From contig JBMFMV010000019.1 of NCBI GenBank assembly GCA_049970495.1, positions 1 to 27,787 on the forward strand: a DNA stretch of 27,787 bases, read 5' to 3'. Below are positions 19,801 to 27,680 of the stretch, piece after piece. This DNA is from a bacterium (GTDB lineage Bacteria; DUMJ01). The first letter of the stretch is position 1; each line of letters begins with the position of its first letter. Below the pieces are notes generated by a model. It made no database searches and was not told the DNA's origin. It was given only the letters and a program-made list of their open reading frames with translations. A program made the position numbers and the translations under genes.

Positions 19801-20805
19801 ATGACATTAAAAGTTGGTGTAGTTGGAATGGGTAATATTGGTAATGTTCATGCTCAGGTCTATAAAGAGAACCCAAAGGTTGAATTGGTAGCTGTATGTG
19901 ACATTATTAAGGAGAGGGCGGATAGAGCGGCAGAAAAGTATGGTGCTAAGGCATTTTACAGTGTAAAGGAGATGTTAGCTAGTGGGATTCATTTAGATGC
20001 TTGTAGTGTAACAACAGCAGGAAAAGAGAATGGAGGAGACCACTTTCTTCCTACTATGGAGTTATTAGAAGCAGGTATAGCAGTATTAGGAGAAAAACCT
20101 ATATCAAACAATATAGAAGAGGCAAAACAGATGGTTGCGCTAGCCAGGAAAAAGAAGATTCCTTACGCTATAAATCTAAATCATAGATTTACTCCGGCTG
20201 CTAGGAGAGCAAAACAGTGGATTGAAGAAGGAAGACTTGGTTCACTAAATATGATTAATATGCGTATGTGGATCAATAATCCTAATGAATCATCTCCATG
20301 GTTTCATTTGAGAGCTCTTCATCCTCACTCCTTTGATGTGATGAGATATTTCTGTGGAGATGTAAAGAGAGTCGTTGCCTTTATGAAAAAGGGTGAGGGT
20401 AGAACTATATGGTCAAATACTCAAGTCCTTCTTGAATTTAAAAATGGTGTAATAGGTACTCTTACAGGTAGTTATGATGCTGGTGGTGCTTATGGTCTTG
20501 AGCGTTGCGAAGTCGTAGGATCGAAGGGAAGATTTGTATTAGAAGAAGCTTGTGAACATCTACATTTCTATAATAGATTTAGTATAGAGTCTGAGACTTA
20601 TAATTACCTTGGTGGTATGAGATCTTTCAGTGAGACATTTAAAGATAGAATTGGAGTTTGGATAGACCAACTTTTAGCTGGAGTGAGTTATGACCAGATA
20701 GATGGTTCTGGGCTTGATGGTTTAAAAGCTCAGCTTATAATAGAGGCTGCAATAAAATCTTGGGAGACTGGAGGTATAGTAGAAGTAGAGGAGGTTGAAT
20801 TTTAG
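19801..20805 (+). CDS. Gfo/Idh/MocA family oxidoreductase (paralog A)
   Basis: Rossmann VGMGNIGNVH, VAVCD, GEKP, NHRFTP; C-terminal DGLKAQLIIEAAIKS. Confidence 0.93.
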   Translation: MTLKVGVVGMGNIGNVHAQVYKENPKVELVAVCDIIKERADRAAEKYGAKAFYSVKEMLASGIHLDACSVTTAGKENGGDHFLPTMELLEAGIAVLGEKPISNNIEEAKQMVALARKKKIPYAINLNHRFTPAARRAKQWIEEGRLGSLNMINMRMWINNPNESSPWFHLRALHPHSFDVMRYFCGDVKRVVAFMKKGEGRTIWSNTQVLLEFKNGVIGTLTGSYDAGGAYGLERCEVVGSKGRFVLEEACEHLHFYNRFSIESETYNYLGGMRSFSETFKDRIGVWIDQLLAGVSYDQIDGSGLDGLKAQLIIEAAIKSWETGGIVEVEEVEF

Positions 20806-20806
20806 T

Positions 20807-21607
20807 ATGATAGAATTAGGAGTAAATTCGGTTCTTTTTGGAGGTTTTGACTTTGCTACTGCTTGTAAGTATATAAAGTTGGCTGGTTATGATGGGGTGG
20901 AGATATCTGCTATAAAAGGGATGTGTGAACATCTTGTTCTAGATAATTGGAGGGAGCAAAAAGATGAGATAAAAAGTATAGTCGAAGAGAATGGTTTAAA
21001 AATCCTTTCTATGGAGGTTGCCTCTCTAGATGAAGATAGATTAATTAAGGCTTTTGAAGCTAGTGCTGAGTTAGGAATTCCTATTGTGAATGTTGGACCT
21101 GGTGGAAGGTCTAATGTCCGAGAAGATTTAGAAAATTCTATAACTAAACTTAAAAAGATGTCTGAGAGAGCAGAAGATTATGGAGTAGCCCTCTGCGTAA
21201 AGGCTCATGTTGGCAGTGCAATATACAATACTCCAACTACTCTCTATGCTATAAGTAAGATAGATTCAAAATCTTTTGGGATAGATATGGATCCGAGTCA
21301 CATATATAGAGCTGGAGAAAATCCTGAAGAGGCAATCTTACAAGTCCTTCCAAGGGTAAGACATATACATATAAGAGACTGTAAGGGTAGGACTTCTGGA
21401 CCCGGTTCTCCCTTTATGCAAGCTTGTGGTAGGGGAGATATAAATTTAATGGCTTTTTGTAAAAATTTAGTTGAAGGTGGCTATTCTGGTCCTGTTTGTT
21501 TAGAAATAATAGGGGCTCTTCAGTTGTCCCTTCCAGAAGTAGTATTAATAGCTTCTGAAAGTTATGGATATCTAAATGCAATATTTAGATATTTAGGTGT
21601 CAGATAG
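20807..21607 (+). CDS. Sugar phosphate isomerase/epimerase-like (xylose isomerase-like/AP2 TIM barrel) protein
   Basis: AGYDGVE, DMDPSH, HIHIRD, GRGDIN, GYSGPVCLE motifs; ATG 20807 after SD GAGGAGG preferred to TTG 20795. Confidence 0.9.
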   Translation: MIELGVNSVLFGGFDFATACKYIKLAGYDGVEISAIKGMCEHLVLDNWREQKDEIKSIVEENGLKILSMEVASLDEDRLIKAFEASAELGIPIVNVGPGGRSNVREDLENSITKLKKMSERAEDYGVALCVKAHVGSAIYNTPTTLYAISKIDSKSFGIDMDPSHIYRAGENPEEAILQVLPRVRHIHIRDCKGRTSGPGSPFMQACGRGDINLMAFCKNLVEGGYSGPVCLEIIGALQLSLPEVVLIASESYGYLNAIFRYLGVR

Positions 21608-21616
21608 GAGGATAGT

Positions 21617-23023
21617 ATGACAGATAGACCTAATCTTATACTAATAGGGGTAGATAGTCTAAGAGCAGACCATATGAGCCTTTATGGTTACCATAGGCTG
21701 ACAACTCCTCATATCGATAAGTTTGCTAAAGATGGAACTACTTTTCTATATACATTTAGTCCTCACATACCAACTACACCAGGATATGCAAACATGTTAA
21801 CAGGATTAGATGCATTTGGCACTAATGTTGTTGCTCTTAGACATAAAGGAGACCTTGCAGAAGGTGTTGTTACATTACCGGAGGTATTGGCTCAGTATGG
21901 ATATACCACAACTTGCGTGGGCTTTAAAGGTAATCCCGCTTCAAGAGGTTTCCAGAACTATCTAGAATATTCAGGTTGGGGTTCTTATGCCGAAGGGAGA
22001 AGCCATAAGGCAGAGAATCTGAATGCAGTAGCTATTCCAGAGCTAAAGAGATTGGCGAAAGAGGCTCAACCCTTCTTTTTATTTTTGAGGCATATGGACC
22101 CTCATTCTCCTTATTTACCTCCAAGTCCATTTGAGAGGATGTTCTATGATGGTAATGAGTTTGATCCAAGTAATGAATCTTTAAAGCCAGTCTACGAATT
22201 TAAGCCATTTAGAGATTATTTTTTGACTTGGTTTCCTCCAGGCTGTACAGACAAGGACTATATAATAGCCCAGTATGACGGGGCTATAGCCTATATGGAT
22301 GCTTGTATTAAGAACATATTTACTACTATTGAGTATTTAGGTATAGAAGATAACACTATAGTTGTTATTACCTCTGATCATGGAGAAACGCTTTATGACC
22401 ATGACTGCTATTTTGATCATCATGGCCTATATGAGTGTACCTTGAGGGTGCCTCTTATATTTAAATTTTCAAAGAAAGTTCCCAAAGGTAAAGTGTTTAC
22501 AGATTATGTGCAATTGAAAGATATAATGCCTACTCTTTTAGATCTCATAGGTATAGATGTTGATATAAAGTTTGATGGAAGAGATTTGGTCCCTCTTATG
22601 CATGGAGAAAGGATAGAGCAAGAACCAGAATTCTATATAACAGAGTGTACCTGGATGAGAAAACATGGATGGCGAACCCCAGAGTGGAAGTTGATTCATG
22701 CCCTAGAACCTGATTTTCACTTTAAACCAGAGATAGAGTTATATAATCTCATAGAAGACCCAGATGAAAATCATAATCTTGTCCAGGAAGAACCAGAAGT
22801 GGTGAAGTTTTTAGAGGATAGGATGCTTGATCATATAAAAAAGAGGGAAGACGAGACAGGGAGACCGAATCCTATGTATACAAATTTAGATTGGCATGGG
22901 ATTGAGGGTAAGGGACCATTTAAGTCTTCCCAAGAGGCTTACGATACGTTACATATAGGTTCTCCAGAAGCGGCAAGGAAAATACAGGCTTTATTGGAGG
23001 AAAAGGCAAAAAAGGGACAATAA
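21617..23023 (+). CDS. Sulfatase-fold (alkaline phosphatase superfamily) hydrolase with Thr at nucleophile position (paralog A)
   Basis: PNLILIGVDSLRADH, TPHID, TTPGYANMLTG, HMDPHSPY, TSDHGE, DHHGLYE, VPLI, ELYNL..DPDE..NL; no signal peptide seen. Confidence 0.92.
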   Translation: MTDRPNLILIGVDSLRADHMSLYGYHRLTTPHIDKFAKDGTTFLYTFSPHIPTTPGYANMLTGLDAFGTNVVALRHKGDLAEGVVTLPEVLAQYGYTTTCVGFKGNPASRGFQNYLEYSGWGSYAEGRSHKAENLNAVAIPELKRLAKEAQPFFLFLRHMDPHSPYLPPSPFERMFYDGNEFDPSNESLKPVYEFKPFRDYFLTWFPPGCTDKDYIIAQYDGAIAYMDACIKNIFTTIEYLGIEDNTIVVITSDHGETLYDHDCYFDHHGLYECTLRVPLIFKFSKKVPKGKVFTDYVQLKDIMPTLLDLIGIDVDIKFDGRDLVPLMHGERIEQEPEFYITECTWMRKHGWRTPEWKLIHALEPDFHFKPEIELYNLIEDPDENHNLVQEEPEVVKFLEDRMLDHIKKREDETGRPNPMYTNLDWHGIEGKGPFKSSQEAYDTLHIGSPEAARKIQALLEEKAKKGQ

Positions 23024-23038
23024 GAGAGGAGGGCCCCT

Positions 23039-24046
23039 ATGGAAAAGTTAAGGGTAGTTGTTATTGGTATGGGACCAATAGGCAATATTCATGCTGATGT
23101 ATATAAATCTAGCGAATTTACAGAGCTTGTTGGAGTCTGTGATATTATTCCAGAAAGAGCAGAAAGGGCTGGGAAGAGATTAGGTGTTCCATACTTTCTA
23201 GATGCTAAAGAAATGTTAGAAAAGCTATCTCCAGATCTATGTAGTGTTACTACTGGAGGATATGAATACAGTAGTGATCATTATGAGCCTACAATGTTAG
23301 CTTTGTCTTATGGGTGCCATGTGTTATGTGAGAAACCTATATGTAATGATATAGCAAAGGCTAGGGAGATGGTGGCTTTTGCAAAGGAGAAAGGTCTTTG
23401 TTTTGGTATAAATCTAAATCACAGATTTACCCCAGCATTTAGGATTGCTAAAAGCTGGTTTGACGAAGGTAGGATAGGAGATCTTCTCTTTATAAATATG
23501 TCTCTATGGATCGGTAAGTTCCAGGACTTTGAATCTCCCTACTATCATCTTAAAGCGTTAAATCCGCACTCTGTAAATATAATGCAATATTGGGGAGGAC
23601 CTATAGAGAAGGTTCAGTGTTTTGCTATGAAGGCTCCAGGAAGAAGTATCTGGTCTACCGCCTCTATTAACGTAAAATTTAAGAATGGAGCGGTTGGACA
23701 TCTGACTAGTAGTTATGACATAGAACGTGGACATCCTATGGAACGTTGTGAAGTAGCAGGAACTAAGGGAAGATTAGTTATTGAGGATATGTGGAGAGAA
23801 GCGGTCTTATATCCTGCTGGTAATCTAGAAAAGAGGGTTTATACAAATCCTGTCTTTGGTGGTTTCCGAGACTTCAATGATACATTTAGAGATAGAATTA
23901 ATGCCTTTGCTAAGCAGATACTTGATGGTGCTAAACCAGAAGAGATCGATGGTTCTGGGGAAGAAGGCCTTGCTGCTCAGATAGTAATAGAAGCAGCAAT
24001 TAGGTCTTTAGATACAGGAAGGGTAGTTAGTATAGATGAGATTTAA
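23039..24046 (+). CDS. Gfo/Idh/MocA family oxidoreductase (paralog B)
   Basis: IGMGPIGNIH, VGVCD, HVLCEKP, NHRFTP; collinear with 19801-20805. Confidence 0.93.
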   Translation: MEKLRVVVIGMGPIGNIHADVYKSSEFTELVGVCDIIPERAERAGKRLGVPYFLDAKEMLEKLSPDLCSVTTGGYEYSSDHYEPTMLALSYGCHVLCEKPICNDIAKAREMVAFAKEKGLCFGINLNHRFTPAFRIAKSWFDEGRIGDLLFINMSLWIGKFQDFESPYYHLKALNPHSVNIMQYWGGPIEKVQCFAMKAPGRSIWSTASINVKFKNGAVGHLTSSYDIERGHPMERCEVAGTKGRLVIEDMWREAVLYPAGNLEKRVYTNPVFGGFRDFNDTFRDRINAFAKQILDGAKPEEIDGSGEEGLAAQIVIEAAIRSLDTGRVVSIDEI

Positions 24047-24073
24047 AGGGCAGGGAATTCCTGCCCTTTAAAT
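24041..24073. terminator. Bidirectional terminator hairpin between the two converging catabolic units
   Basis: Perfect 14-bp inverted repeat ATTTAAAGGGCAGG (24041-24054) / CCTGCCCTTTAAAT (24060-24073), 5-nt loop. Confidence 0.85.
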
Positions 24074-25417
24074 AAATTTTTGCCTCTTAGAAACCCACTC
24101 ATTCCAATCTATATGCATATCTTTTAGTACGTTCTCAACCCATTTTTTGGCTGGAAGTCCTTTTTCTGATTGGACTCTAATTGGATCAGGCTTATTCTTC
24201 AACTTTTCGTCTAGCCATCTAGTTAATCTTAGTTCTAGTTCATCTCTAATCTCTATTTCTTCGTTATATAGGTTTACTTTTTCATCTGGGTCATTCTTTA
24301 GATTGAACAATTCTTTAGGTGGAGTAGAGTATAGCCCTTGATCTATAGTCTTTATTAATTTCCAATCTTCTGTTCTTATAGATACACCTGCCCTCCAGGT
24401 GCATTCAGTAGATATTACCTCCTTATACATTCTGTCAACTTCACCTTTAATGAGAGGCAATAAAGACTTTCCGTCAAATGTTGTGCTTGTTTTTATGCCA
24501 AGAATATCTAATACAGTAGGAGTTATATCTATATGCTGAACCATAGAATTAATCTTGTTTGAATAAGACTTATCTACCAATTTAATCACAAGTGGTATAT
24601 GGATAGTTGGTTCATAAAGACCTTGATGATCAAAAAAGAAGTTATGCTCAGTCATATTTTCCCCGTGGTCTGCAGTTAGAAGAATAAGTGTATCTTCGTA
24701 TATATTAAGTTTTTTAAGGGTTTTCAAGATTTCTCCTATTGCGGAGTCTACATATCTTATGGCTCCATCATAATGTGCTATTATATAGCTAGCATCTGTA
24801 GGGTTACCTAATAGGTCATAGTGCCATTTTTTAAAGAATGGATAAGGTATCTGTTCTTTTACCGGATCCATACTATGATTATCTGGATCAAATGGGTCTT
24901 TACCACCGTAAAACATAGTCCTGTAATTTTCAGGGGGAAGATAAGGCGTATGACAATCCCAATAGTGTAAGAATAAAAAGAAATTCTCTCTATAATGTTC
25001 TTTTATCCACCTTATTGCTTCAAAGTTTATCTCCTCTGCTTTTATATGGTGTATATTCTTGCTTTTTGGATTTATATAGTACTCATACCCTCTAGCGAAG
25101 TATTGCTTTATGTTAAATAGATTATCAATAGCACAAGTCCTGAAACCATTGTCTCTGAGAATCTCTGGTAATAGTGGAATAGAATTATCAATTACTTCGC
25201 CACCGCCGTGTGATACTACACGATGGGTAATACTATGTAAACCAGTGAATATAGTTGTAAATCCTGGAGAGGTTGGAATCCCATTGGCAATAGCATTAGT
25301 AAATATAACACCTTCTTCTGCAAGCTGGTCTATATAGGGACTAGTATTAAACTCGTAGCCATAACAACTTAAGTGATCAGCTCTTAATGTATCTATCACT
25401 ATAAAAAGTATCTTCAA
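24068..25417 (-). CDS. Sulfatase-fold (alkaline phosphatase superfamily) hydrolase with Thr at nucleophile position (paralog B)
   Basis: ILFIVIDTLRADH, SPYID, TSPGFTTIFTG, HYWDCHTPY, TADHGE, DHQGLYE, ELFNL..DPDE..NL; TTG start with SD AAGGAGGA; no signal peptide seen. Confidence 0.92.
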   Translation of the reverse strand: MKILFIVIDTLRADHLSCYGYEFNTSPYIDQLAEEGVIFTNAIANGIPTSPGFTTIFTGLHSITHRVVSHGGGEVIDNSIPLLPEILRDNGFRTCAIDNLFNIKQYFARGYEYYINPKSKNIHHIKAEEINFEAIRWIKEHYRENFFLFLHYWDCHTPYLPPENYRTMFYGGKDPFDPDNHSMDPVKEQIPYPFFKKWHYDLLGNPTDASYIIAHYDGAIRYVDSAIGEILKTLKKLNIYEDTLILLTADHGENMTEHNFFFDHQGLYEPTIHIPLVIKLVDKSYSNKINSMVQHIDITPTVLDILGIKTSTTFDGKSLLPLIKGEVDRMYKEVISTECTWRAGVSIRTEDWKLIKTIDQGLYSTPPKELFNLKNDPDEKVNLYNEEIEIRDELELRLTRWLDEKLKNKPDPIRVQSEKGLPAKKWVENVLKDMHIDWNEWVSKRQKFI

Positions 25418-25432
25418 TCTTATCCTCCTTCT

Positions 25433-27343
25433 TTACTTCTCATAGAAGAATTGTTCAGCCGAGAAATTGGCTGCAATAGCAAAACCGGAACGTGGTATAT
25501 TCCTCATTTTAGCTGATACAATAAGTGGTTGTTTAGCCCTTTCTACTACTGTAATAAGTGGTAGATACTGTTTATGCCAAGCGATACCCTCCCTCCATAG
25601 TTTGACATATTCATTAGAGCCAGTAATACATTGCCATCTCTTTATATCTATCTCAAATGCTTTCTTTACCCAGCTTGGTGGTTCTTCCCCTTCTTTACCA
25701 TCAGTGTCATACCATCTAATCCACTGGGGAGCACGTACAGCTCCCAATGTGTATCTATTGACTTCACCTGGTCCATGACACCATAATAGACCAACCTGTA
25801 TTTCATTTGCAGACCAACGTTGACCGTATAATTGTGGGTCAATCCTCTTTAGTGCTGCCTTAATGCCAACATTTTTAAGATGTTCAACTACAAGTTCACC
25901 TACAGGCATAAGGTCAGGTGCCTGAGCTCCAGTTTCGATAAGCATTTCGAATCTTTTCCCATCAGGTCTAAGTCTGAAACCTTCTGAATCTTTTTTATCT
26001 AATCCAACTTGATCTAAAAGTTTATTGGCTTCGTTAATATCATATGAACTAGGAACAGTTTCTGGGAAAGATGCAAATCCATAGTAAACACTGTCTATAA
26101 TCTCTTTACGATTTATAGCCATACTTATAGCCCTTCTAAATCTTACATCACCAACAATCTTACGCCATACTGGATCCTTGTAAGTAAGATTAATAAATAT
26201 AGCACTTGGGTCATTATGTAAGTCTAGAATAACTGCCCTGAAACCGCCCTTCTCTTCATTCTGTTTATATAGAGGGATTTTTGCCGCAGAAGCACTCTCT
26301 CTTAGAAAGTCTATATCTCCAGTTAAGACCCTCATATTGACCATTTCGACATCTTGGACCTGTGTAGAGATTATCTTATCTATATAAGGCAACTGATTTC
26401 CTGCAGTATCAACCTTGAAGTAGTAAGGATTTCTTTCCCACTCATATACCCCTCCAGATGCCTTTACTAATACCCAAGGGGTAAGAACAGGAAATCCTAT
26501 ACTCTTTGCCTGAGTCTGTTCCCAGTTAGTAAAGTCTTTTAAGTTAAATAACTGCCACCATTCATCCTTGAATCCTTCCTTTTCCAAGAGCGGCTTTAGT
26601 TTTTCAAGAGATGTATATTTGATATGGAACTGTTTCAAATAGTGAGCAGGTTTTAGTAGATCTGTATATCCCATCCAACCTACTATACCAGTAAGGATCT
26701 CTAAGAAGGCTCCGTAAGGTTTAGGAAATATAAGTTGGAATGTATAGTCATCTATTATGTTCAATTTCATGGGCTCTCCCTTTAGACTATTACCTACTTT
26801 AAATCTGGCAGGAAAAACAGGAGTAAGCTTTTCGTTCATTAATACATCCTCATATGTGAATCTAATATCTTCAGTAGTAACAGGTGCCCCGTCAGACCAC
26901 TTTAACCCTTTTCTCAGTTTGAATGTAAAGATCCTATTTTCTTTGACATCGAAGCTTTCAACTATATTCCCTCGAATACCACCTCGGATAGTTGGAGGGT
27001 CCCAGAGTTTTCCAAGTCCAATGCCGGGTGTGCTAAGTAGATGTTCATTATTCATAACAAATACATCTGGTGCCCAATCTGCTACTGAATGTGCAGTTCT
27101 TATAGTACCCCCATATCTACCTACTCTCCAATCGGGTAAATCTGTTCTAGTGATTAGTACCCCTGGTCCAACTATAAATGGATTTTCTGGAAGTCTCTTC
27201 TCCACCGGAGGAAGCTTACCCTGTTTTACAAGCTCTGCTAACATCGGAGCCTCATTATATTTTTTCTGAGCAAAAGAGATAGAACTAAAGCTTAGTCCTG
27301 ATAGTAGACTAATAACAAGTAGACCAATTAAAACCCTTTTCAT
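25433..27343 (-). CDS. ABC transporter solute-binding protein, family 5 (NikA/DppA/OppA-like, carbohydrate-associated subgroup)
   Basis: Signal peptide ending SFA-Q; EAPMLAELVKQGKLPPVEKRLP, FKLRKGLKWSDGAPVTTEDI, ERNPYYFKVD..GNQLPYID, RFRRAISMAINR; SD AGGAGG. Confidence 0.93.
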   Translation of the reverse strand: MKRVLIGLLVISLLSGLSFSSISFAQKKYNEAPMLAELVKQGKLPPVEKRLPENPFIVGPGVLITRTDLPDWRVGRYGGTIRTAHSVADWAPDVFVMNNEHLLSTPGIGLGKLWDPPTIRGGIRGNIVESFDVKENRIFTFKLRKGLKWSDGAPVTTEDIRFTYEDVLMNEKLTPVFPARFKVGNSLKGEPMKLNIIDDYTFQLIFPKPYGAFLEILTGIVGWMGYTDLLKPAHYLKQFHIKYTSLEKLKPLLEKEGFKDEWWQLFNLKDFTNWEQTQAKSIGFPVLTPWVLVKASGGVYEWERNPYYFKVDTAGNQLPYIDKIISTQVQDVEMVNMRVLTGDIDFLRESASAAKIPLYKQNEEKGGFRAVILDLHNDPSAIFINLTYKDPVWRKIVGDVRFRRAISMAINRKEIIDSVYYGFASFPETVPSSYDINEANKLLDQVGLDKKDSEGFRLRPDGKRFEMLIETGAQAPDLMPVGELVVEHLKNVGIKAALKRIDPQLYGQRWSANEIQVGLLWCHGPGEVNRYTLGAVRAPQWIRWYDTDGKEGEEPPSWVKKAFEIDIKRWQCITGSNEYVKLWREGIAWHKQYLPLITVVERAKQPLIVSAKMRNIPRSGFAIAANFSAEQFFYEK

Positions 27344-27680
27344 CTCTTCTTACCTCCTATACAAATTGTAGATCTTTTCCGAACTCTGAAACTACCCTTT
27401 TGGGTTAACTTGACTAAATTGCCTCTCAAATCATTAAGACTATCATATTCTCCCCTCTAGACATCACTCTCCTTTCCTTCCCATAAATTTCTAAGATTCT
27501 TTTAGCCTCACTTCTATTAATAGTCTAATCTTCTATTTCAATCCCCTTTAATTTACCTAATATTTTACCCTATATTTATCAGACTAAAACTTCAATCTTT
27601 TCCCTTATATTATTAACTATACAATTATACCAGATAGTTTTATATAAAAAAGAAACATACTTACGAAACTTAGAAGCCCT

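Noticed and set aside
7038..20806. Extended N-termini in the ORF track (fabD 7038, acpP 8705, rnc 10136, khpA 13563, YaaC-like 15911, TIM barrel 20795)
   Set aside because: Downstream starts fit SD spacing, stop-start coupling and family N-termini better.
21617..25417. Calling the two sulfatase-fold genes arylsulfatase or choline sulfatase
   Set aside because: Neither has (C/S)xPxR, so formylglycine chemistry is unsupported.
26757..27269. 170-aa plus-strand ORF (also 25467-25778, 25110-25337, 24147-24341)
   Set aside because: Antisense to well-supported genes; Ser/Pro/Phe/Leu-rich composition is typical of the reverse frame of purine-rich coding strands.
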